This document shows, piece after piece, positions 19,001 to 25,479 of a stretch of DNA of 31,050 nt (position 1 is the first letter of the stretch; every line of letters begins with the position of its first letter). This DNA comes from a virus (Duplodnaviria > Caudoviricetes). The stretch lies in the IMG/VR virus record IMGVR_UViG_3300044490_000111, positions 1-31,050 of that record. The stretch is one strand, 5' to 3'. The notes below the pieces were generated by a model. That model worked only from the letters and a program-made list of their open reading frames with translations. It searched no databases and was not told the origin of the DNA. A program made the translations under genes and the position numbers.

Positions 19001-19216
19001 CTACGACCTTTGGTTATTCGATGCATTGAACAGCGCCACAACAGCATTGTGGTGGATTCCGCTGTCCATAATCAGTTGTTCGAAATCTCCCGCACAGAAC
19101 GCCATCGCTTGGCCGCAATGTTGCCGTTGCATGTTGTCGGAATGCATCCCGATTGCCGTGATGATCGCTTGCGCCGCCTGTGCAATCACATAAGCCGCTG
19201 ATTGTTCTGGAGTCAT
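19001..19216 (-). CDS. Hypothetical protein
   Basis: MTPEQSAAY... with a GGAGG RBS. Confidence 0.65.
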   Translation of the reverse strand: MTPEQSAAYVIAQAAQAIITAIGMHSDNMQRQHCGQAMAFCAGDFEQLIMDSGIHHNAVVALFNASNNQRS

Positions 19217-19310
19217 GATCCCTCCAATTGCCACGTGCCGGGAAGGCTTTCCGCCACAGGCCACGGTCGAGCACTCTAGCTATTCGCTGGCGGAAGCCGT
19301 TTATTGGCGT

Positions 19311-19988
19311 CTAGGCGGCGATTCGAACAAGATCAATCCAGCACGCGCAGTGCACATGGGGGGATGGCGGTCCGTCCGGATAGAACTGCGACCAGTACGC
19401 CTCTTCGCTGTCCGCCAGGTCGAGACACACTTGGCAGTGCTGTTCTACGTCCCCAAGGCGCCAGACGCGCCGCAGACCGGGGACCATGCCGAACACTTCG
19501 TCGATGCCGCGCGTGCTGCCCGCGGTCGTCTCTGTCACACCAATCGCTTGCGCCCGCGAGTCACCGAATGGCCAATCCAGGGCGTCGTCCAGCTCGTCAA
19601 GATCGACCAGCTCCCCGGCTTCGTAGCGGTCAAGGATCCGCCCCACCCGATCCCGCGTCGTGCGGCGATACCCCGCTGCGATTTCCGTCGCGTGGTCCGC
19701 AGCCCATTCCTCCAAGGCTTCCTCCGCCTCCTCCTGCTCTTCCTCCTCCATGTCGTAGTCCAGCTCGTCAAGCTCAGCCAGGAACGCCGACGTCGTGGAC
19801 GCAATCAAAGCAATCAGCAGAGCGTTCTCCGCGTCGCGCTCCAGCTGATCCCAGAACGACTGCGGTACTTTCTTCAAGTCTGGAGGATTGCCTAGCAGGC
19901 GTGTCAGCTCGTCACGCTGCTTCTGAGACAGGAGCCGGAACCGCTTGGCCAGCGTCTCTTCGTGCGTCTCTCGGTCAAGGAGTCGCAT
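19311..19988 (-). CDS. MuF/SPP1 gp7-like minor head protein (short form)
   Basis: Motifs 'RAQAI.VTET', 'W.......C.VC..L', 'PP.PHVHCAC'. Start is 19988 (GAGG RBS) or 20015. Confidence 0.8.
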   Translation of the reverse strand: MRLLDRETHEETLAKRFRLLSQKQRDELTRLLGNPPDLKKVPQSFWDQLERDAENALLIALIASTTSAFLAELDELDYDMEEEEQEEAEEALEEWAADHATEIAAGYRRTTRDRVGRILDRYEAGELVDLDELDDALDWPFGDSRAQAIGVTETTAGSTRGIDEVFGMVPGLRRVWRLGDVEQHCQVCLDLADSEEAYWSQFYPDGPPSPHVHCACWIDLVRIAA

Positions 19989-20004
19989 GGACCACCTCAG
20001 CCGC

Positions 20005-20286
20005 TCAGTCGTCATCTAGGTGGCGAGCGCCAGACCACCGGTACACAAGATAGATGGCTCCGCCTGGGGACTCTTGTCGCGTGAGCCGAAAGAAGTGTAC
20101 ATCAAGGTTGGACCTAATTGCAACCACAGGAATCCATTCGTCGACCCAGCGCAGACGTCGATACACGGGCCCAAACAGGTCGTCCGGACCACCTTCGAAG
20201 TAGATGTTGCCGCCTGATTTTAGAAGTTCACGCTGCGCTATCATGCCGGTATGTCCATACGTGCCATACTGGCATTCTAGCGTCAT
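20005..20286 (-). CDS. Hypothetical protein
   Basis: 93 aa. Its ATG overlaps the reconstructed pre-insertion stop codon of polyprotein B. Confidence 0.55.
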   Translation of the reverse strand: MTLECQYGTYGHTGMIAQRELLKSGGNIYFEGGPDDLFGPVYRRLRWVDEWIPVVAIRSNLDVHFFRLTRQESPGGAIYLVYRWSGARHLDDD

Positions 20287-20313
20287 TTTGTCGTTGGTCT
20301 AGTGGTTTTCGCA

Positions 20314-20348
20314 GGTAGTGTCCTAATTTGAAAGACACGGTAGGTCAC
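20314..20348 (+). repeat. Left terminal inverted repeat
   Basis: GGTAGTGTCCTAATTTGAAAGACACGGTAGGTCAC. Confidence 0.95.
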
Positions 20349-20387
20349 GGGAGTGTCCCATCGGTCGCGTTTTGTAAACCCTTCCTG

Positions 20388-20654
20388 TTAGGTAGCTCTG
20401 TCTTCGGCAGGCGGATTCTCCGGGGGCACGTCGGATCCGCCGGGACTCTCTGGCCCCCACGCATCCGGGCCCCATGCGAGACTTGCCAGCGCTTTGTCGT
20501 CTTCCGTCTGCGGCGGTTCTTTGGGCTTCAACGCCAGGTCCGCCTCCAAAATCGCCTTCGCCCCCGCGCAAATCCGGTCCAACTGCTCAGGACTCAGCCG
20601 ATAGTCCGGGTTCGGAACATGCGGCTTGTGGGACCGCTCGTCGTCTGTGGACAT
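20388..20654 (-). CDS. Small protein homologous to the nested ORF at 26825-27052
   Basis: 88 aa with GGAG RBS. Positions 20464-20588 match 26853-26977 at 114 of 125 nt. Confidence 0.7.
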   Translation of the reverse strand: MSTDDERSHKPHVPNPDYRLSPEQLDRICAGAKAILEADLALKPKEPPQTEDDKALASLAWGPDAWGPESPGGSDVPPENPPAEDRAT

Positions 20655-20673
20655 GGCAAGGTCTCCAGATGGG

Positions 20674-23541
20674 TTAGGCTTGGGCGCGTTCCAGGTTCAG
20701 TGCCAAGAGCGCCGCCAACAGGTCATCATCGGTCATCGCTGGGTCCCAGCCGTAGGCGGCAAAGACGGCAGCGTCGAGTCTCTGGTGAGCTAGACTGAGC
20801 CACGTGTCGCCCCTGTTATACAGTTCCGTCAGCGTCCGTTGTTTCAGTTCCTTGGCGCATTCCGCGTCCTTGGGAACCAGCCGCGGATAGCGGACTGTGC
20901 CGATGCCTCGGTGGTCCGGCTCGTGCACGTACCGTGCCCACGGTCCCGTGGTGCTGCCGGGGAATTCCAACACCTCTTCCCGCGTCCACTCCGGCGGGTT
21001 CAGCCAGTTGGAGCGAAGTCGGTCTAACTCCTGCGCCGCTTCTGCAATCGCGTCGCGCTGCTCGTCTGCCGGCTTGGGGAACGGGAAGGTTTCAAAACAG
21101 GTTGTGGGGGTGTAACGGGGACGGGTCTCCAGTCGCGTGCCAAGTCGCAAGCCCCAAACCTCGTGCACACGCGAGTGCAACACGCCAAGAAAGCAGTCTT
21201 GCGCGGCTGCAAGGACAATCAGCTGATGATCGGGCAGCGTCGGTGATTCGGCCCAGAGAAACAATCGGTGCTTGGAAACCGTTGTCGTAATGAGGAACCG
21301 ACTCAAGCCTGCGAGTTTCGCGCGCATGCCGCTTCGTGGCTCCACATGTAACCACCACCTCTTTCGATAAGACTCGCGTTTGTTCCCTTGCCGCTCCGGG
21401 TACACATGGTCGCGCACGTACTCAAACGGGGCTTCGTATTGTGAGGCATCCAGTAACGTTGATTCGGTGCCAAAGTCGATAATCCACACGCCACGGTTGC
21501 GGCGGGTAATATCCAGTCCGTTGGCCCACGGCAACACGACGTCACTATTCGGACGTCCGTGGGGAGTTGGTGTTCGCAGGAACTGCAAGGCTTGTCCAGC
21601 CGTGATGTCAAAGGCCCCGCCTTTGGTGTCGCCCATGTAACTAATGTCTAGGTTTGCCGTCAACCGCGCGGCTTGCGTGATGTCCGCCGCTGCTGACAAG
21701 TTGGCGTTGACCGTTCGCACCTTGTGCCCATCGAGAACCAAGTCCTTTTCGGTCCCGTCGTCAAATCCGACCATGCTGACGTGGACGTTGGCCCCGTTCA
21801 GAATCCAGTCGCGATCGCTCTCAGCGAAGAAAATTCCACCGCTCTCCTTGATCCTGGCTAACGTGTCCCGATTGGCACCGCCACGAATGCCTTGGGTCGC
21901 CAGCAGCCCGGCGCGACGGCACTTGCCTTCCTTGACTTGCGAGCGTGCCTTTTCAAACCAGTAGCAGCACAAGTCCGCTTCCGGTCGTACTCGCTCGCCC
22001 CAGAGACGGAACATCGCGTCGACGTATTCGTCGCCCAGATTCGAGCGGAGCAGCTTCCCTCCCAGGAACGGCGGGTTGCCGACGATGAAATCAGCCGCGG
22101 GCCATGTGGGCTCTTTCGGATTCTGCGGGTCGCTCAGGTCCAAGATGGCGTCCATGTGCTGGATGCTCTCGATGGGCTCCAGCACGGGTCTCAGGTTGGG
22201 AGTGAATCCATTGTCCCGTAGCCACTGCAGATAGCCGATCCAGATTGCCACTTGCGCCAGTTCTTGGGCGTACCGATTGATGTCTAGTCCGTGCAGTTGC
22301 GTTGGGCTGATGCGCGGCAACTGAGCAATTCCGTAGCTTCTGCCAAACGAGTAGACTTCCTTCCCAAGCTCCAGAAGCAGACGCAGCGTCACATACAGAA
22401 AATTCCCCGACCCACACGCTGGGTCGAGCACCGTGACATCCGCCAGCCGCTCCATGAAGTCCAACAGCAGGCGGTCGAACTTCTGACGAACCTTTGACTC
22501 TCTCCCCGTCTTCCCGCGCTTGAACTTCGGAATCAGTGCCTCGCATTGTCGGCGCACGTCGTCCCACTCTCGACGCAAAGGCACCATCACGACAGGATTC
22601 ACTATCGTCTCGATGTCGCCGCGGCTGGTGTAGTGGGCACCGATCTGAGCGCGCTTGTCGGGATCAAGTAGCCGTTCGAACAACGTTCCAAAAATGGATG
22701 GTTCGATTGATCCCCAATCCATCGCTACAACATCGACCAGGACGTTGATTTCCTTTTCCAGCAACGGAATGACCTCGGCGTCGGCAAACAGACCCCCATT
22801 GAAGTAGGCAATGTCATCCGTTCCGAATGTCCCCCCGTTGGACATAGCTTCAAACAAATCAGAGAGCATTTTGCCGAGTCTTGTCGGGTCCTTTCGCGAT
22901 CCTGCCAGTAGCCGAGAGAAGACCTGGTTGGGAAGTAGCTCGATGTCTTCGGCGAACATGCAGAAGATCAGCTTCATCAGAAAATGCGCTGCTTCCTGCG
23001 ATGGCACTTTGCGTACTCGCATCCCGTCTGCTATCTGGCCAAACCGCTCAGCAGCCTGCTTTGTGACGCCCTCCCTGGTCACTCCGGGTTTCAGTGACTC
23101 AGGATCCGTGAATACCCTGCGAAGAATGTCCAGATTCTTCGGATCGGCTAGCCCGGCTAGGTCGAAGGTATATACCTTCTTGGGGGTATCGTTGAAGTTG
23201 GTGTGGACTTCGAACCGGTCCATGTCACAAACGACGAGCAGTTTCGGGTTCTCCAGGGACTCCCGGTATTGGAGCAACTGGGCGTAGGCAGCCTTTAGGT
23301 CTTTCTTCTTTCCCTTGTACTCCCAGCCGAAGTGCCCGCGCATCCACACGTCAGCCCAGCCGTCGCCGCCGCCGGTCTTCTGGACGCCCCGCTCAAAGGT
23401 GTACCACGCCCCTTGCGGGTCCGCCGCCGCTGGCTTGGGCTGCTGGAGCAATTCGCACAGGTCCAGGAAATGCTGTTGGCAGGCGGAACGTTCCGACAGC
23501 GTGACGTGTTTCCACTTGCGGGTGAATTCGTCGACGTCCAT
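20674..23541 (-). CDS. MmeI-like type IIG/IIL restriction-modification enzyme (nuclease + adenine MTase + TRD)
   Basis: 955 aa. N-terminal 'ADVW...EYK....AY.QL' nuclease motif, motif I DPACGSGNF, motif IV NPPF, C-terminal 'RYTP..CFETFPFP' and 'RTLT.LYN'. Confidence 0.92.
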   Translation of the reverse strand: MDVDEFTRKWKHVTLSERSACQQHFLDLCELLQQPKPAAADPQGAWYTFERGVQKTGGGDGWADVWMRGHFGWEYKGKKKDLKAAYAQLLQYRESLENPKLLVVCDMDRFEVHTNFNDTPKKVYTFDLAGLADPKNLDILRRVFTDPESLKPGVTREGVTKQAAERFGQIADGMRVRKVPSQEAAHFLMKLIFCMFAEDIELLPNQVFSRLLAGSRKDPTRLGKMLSDLFEAMSNGGTFGTDDIAYFNGGLFADAEVIPLLEKEINVLVDVVAMDWGSIEPSIFGTLFERLLDPDKRAQIGAHYTSRGDIETIVNPVVMVPLRREWDDVRRQCEALIPKFKRGKTGRESKVRQKFDRLLLDFMERLADVTVLDPACGSGNFLYVTLRLLLELGKEVYSFGRSYGIAQLPRISPTQLHGLDINRYAQELAQVAIWIGYLQWLRDNGFTPNLRPVLEPIESIQHMDAILDLSDPQNPKEPTWPAADFIVGNPPFLGGKLLRSNLGDEYVDAMFRLWGERVRPEADLCCYWFEKARSQVKEGKCRRAGLLATQGIRGGANRDTLARIKESGGIFFAESDRDWILNGANVHVSMVGFDDGTEKDLVLDGHKVRTVNANLSAAADITQAARLTANLDISYMGDTKGGAFDITAGQALQFLRTPTPHGRPNSDVVLPWANGLDITRRNRGVWIIDFGTESTLLDASQYEAPFEYVRDHVYPERQGNKRESYRKRWWLHVEPRSGMRAKLAGLSRFLITTTVSKHRLFLWAESPTLPDHQLIVLAAAQDCFLGVLHSRVHEVWGLRLGTRLETRPRYTPTTCFETFPFPKPADEQRDAIAEAAQELDRLRSNWLNPPEWTREEVLEFPGSTTGPWARYVHEPDHRGIGTVRYPRLVPKDAECAKELKQRTLTELYNRGDTWLSLAHQRLDAAVFAAYGWDPAMTDDDLLAALLALNLERAQA

Positions 23542-23547
23542 GCCGCC

Positions 23548-23575
23548 AAGGTAATCGCGGCAATGCGCCCGTCAA
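23548..23575 (-). promoter_or_regulatory. Promoter for the RM gene, probably producing a leaderless mRNA
   Basis: TTGACG-N16-TACCTT ends 6 nt before the ATG; no SD sequence. Confidence 0.45.
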
Positions 23576-23584
23576 GCGGGGAGT

Positions 23585-24473
23585 CTACCCGTACTGGACG
23601 ATCGTGCTGAAGAATTCCTCGAAGCTCCACAGGTGGTCCGTCAGGCCAGCCATCATCGCCGCGGTCGGGCGCCGCTTGCCCGCCCTGCCGCTGCCGTCCG
23701 GATACCGCGTCCGCCAAGACGGCGACCGCTGCCGCTAGGCACTCAAACTTCTTTGAGAACCCCAGCGCCAACCGGGCGAACCGCTTCATAAATGTGCGGA
23801 TCGTCAGGTTGTGTCGCTCGACATGGCTCGTGCAAATGTCCCACTCGGAGAACTGCCCCTTGACCACCTTCCGCTGCGTCCCGACTATCTCGGACGGCGT
23901 GTAGGGCATCGAGGCGTTGCGGAAGTCTTTGATGATCTGCCCGTACTTGGCGTAGGGGCCGAACGCCAGGTCAACGGCTTCCGGGTAGGCGGCAAAGCCG
24001 TCCGTGCTCAGGCGGATAACCGTCTGGTAGCCGCCAGTCTGGAAAGCGTGCGGGTCTGAACTGTGCGGGTTCGGCCAGCTGACCCGCGCGGCCAAGTCCA
24101 TCAGGAAGCGCCGTGCCATGTCCGCCGACCGCTTGCCAAGGGCGTAGCAGGCAAGCAGCTTCGTGTCTTCGTCGATGGCGGTGAACAAGTACACGTCGCC
24201 AATCGTGCCGCTCAGTTGCTTCTGCTCGGTCGTCAGTTTGTCCTGCTTCTTGCCGACGAACGTCCAGATTTCATCACACTCGACGTGCCGCAGCGTCAGA
24301 CCCTGAAGACGTTCGTCCAGGAAGTTACGGGCGCACTCGCCAAGCCGCACTATCAGCCGCCCAATGCTGTCCCGGTGCACCCCCGTGATTCGCTCTGTCG
24401 AACGAATCGAGTTGCCCTCGCAGAGCAGCCGCAGGACCATCATTCTCGTGGCGAGCTTCAGCGTGTTAGCCAT
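23585..24473 (-). pseudogene. IS1-family DDE transposase, frameshifted near the C-terminus
   Basis: HTH 'EGNSIRSTERITGVH' and catalytic motifs 'DEIW', 'TDG..AY', 'VERHN.TIR'. After 'LAAAVAV' (about 23717) the usual YNF segment is missing, and the tail 'TAAMMAGLTDHLWSFEE' is in another frame ending at 23585. Confidence 0.85.
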
Positions 24474-24562
24474 TGCCGTCTTGACCTCCAATAGCTATTC
24501 GTGTAATACGAAAACCTCTTGGGCGGATTCGCTCGGAATTGCTGTAATACAGGAACCTCGTC

Positions 24563-24805
24563 ATGCCGAAGAAACGCAAGGTCGGGCGTCCCAAGGGCGA
24601 CCCGAAAAAGAACCGGTCGGAAATCGTCCTGCTCAGACTCACCAAAGCTGAACGGGTCCACCTGGAACGCGCCGCTGGCGGAAATCTGTCCGACTGGATG
24701 CGGCACGTTCTCTTGCCAGCGGCAGGACGTGCCCATAAAACGAAAGACGGAAAGCGTGGGAATCGAACCCCATCAGCGAACGCTGAGCCTCTGGGCGGCT
24801 TATAG
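24563..24805 (+). CDS. Small ribbon-helix-helix-like DNA-binding protein, divergent from the transposase
   Basis: 'GRPK...LLRLT..E...LERAA...LSDWMR..LL'. The last roughly 19 codons overlap the tRNA on the other strand. Confidence 0.7.
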   Translation: MPKKRKVGRPKGDPKKNRSEIVLLRLTKAERVHLERAAGGNLSDWMRHVLLPAAGRAHKTKDGKRGNRTPSANAEPLGGL

Positions 24806-24840
24806 AGCCGCTGCGCCAACCAGGACGCAGGACGCCTTCC
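24748..24840 (-). tRNA. Non-canonical 9/3 tRNA (allo-tRNA-like), anticodon UAU, long variable arm, discriminator G
   Basis: Acceptor GGAAGGCGT/ACGCTTTCC (9 bp); D arm TGCGTC-CTGGTT-GGCGCA; anticodon arm GCGGC-TCTATAA-GCCGC; variable arm TCAGC-GTTC-GCTGA; T arm GGG-TTCGATT-CCC. No encoded CCA. Confidence 0.8.
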
Positions 24841-24845
24841 ACCGC

Positions 24846-25245
24846 GGCGCCCGTGGTCATTCGCCACGGGCGCCCAGTTTTCCAGAATCCAGGGCTTGTC
24901 TATGGGGTCGTTTCGTGGTAGCCTAAACGACGAACCCTGAGCGGTACGTCGCCACATGGCGCGTTTCCTTGCACAAGACAACGATGGGTTCCACGGGCCG
25001 CATACGCTGCAACGGATGCGGCCCACGTCATTGACGACGGTACGCACGGTCATCCGTGCCCGTCGCGAGTAAGACGAATCGCGAGAAGCATTCTGCACCT
25101 CCTTTCTGGGTTGTGCATGTGCAAACCCTCCGCGAATGACCGACTTGGCGGATTCAGGCTGCCAACCGTTGCCCGCCATGCCGGAAGCTACCGGGTGGGA
25201 TTACAGACGGCCCGATGACTCCCCGGTGAGTCGTTGGGCCGCTTC
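24846..25245 (-). ncRNA. Hairpin-rich region upstream of the tRNA (possible precursor or regulatory RNA)
   Basis: Stems at 24846-24874 (perfect 11 bp), about 24907-24931, 24995-25024, 25035-25065, 25108-25128 and 25208-25241. Confidence 0.45.
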
Positions 25246-25340
25246 TATTTTGCCGACACCTCGTCTGACGAGCCGTTCTGCGAACACGGTCTGAGGCAAG
25301 AAGAATCCGAGCCCCCACCAAGGAACGGCCAGTGTTCGGA

Positions 25341-25372
25341 AATCAGTACGGCCTATCCTGGAAATTTGTCAA
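25341..25372 (-). promoter_or_regulatory. Promoter-like motif pointing into the hairpin/tRNA region
   Basis: TTGACAAATTTCCAGGATAGGCCGTACTGATT. Confidence 0.55.
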
Positions 25373-25387
25373 TAGGGGTCCCGCGGC

Positions 25388-25425
25388 AAGAAACGAAAAA
25401 TGCCGCTGGCTTGCCCAGCGGCATT
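25388..25425 (-). terminator. Intrinsic terminator just inside the right end of the IS
   Basis: AATGCCGCTGG-GCAAG-CCAGCGGCATT followed by TTTCGTTTCTT. Confidence 0.75.
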
Positions 25426-25444
25426 CATCTGGCACGTGCCAGGT

Positions 25445-25479
25445 GTGACCTACCGTGTCTTTCAAATTAGGACACTACC
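25445..25479 (-). repeat. Right terminal inverted repeat
   Basis: Exact reverse complement of 20314-20348. Confidence 0.95.

Larger units (their letters stand above)
20314..25479. mobile_element. IS1-family cargo-carrying insertion element (5,166 bp)
   Basis: Perfect 35-bp terminal inverted repeats, an IS1-type transposase, and flanks GTTTTCGCA (20305-20313) and GTTTTCGGC (25480-25488) matching at 7 of 9 positions. Confidence 0.9.

Noticed and set aside
23295-23716. C-terminal extension of the 398-aa transposase ORF overlapping the RM gene
   Set aside because: This is out-of-frame read-through after the deletion; the true conserved tail ends at 23585.
24748-24840. The tRNA as an integration (att) site, tRNA-Sec or amber suppressor
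   Set aside because: No integrase or duplicated 3' end is seen, and there is no UCA anticodon. CUA occurs in the loop but off-centre, so UAU is the symmetric reading.
24466-25179. 237-aa ORF on the - strand
   Set aside because: It runs through the tRNA and the antisense of the RHH gene and has no protein-like features.
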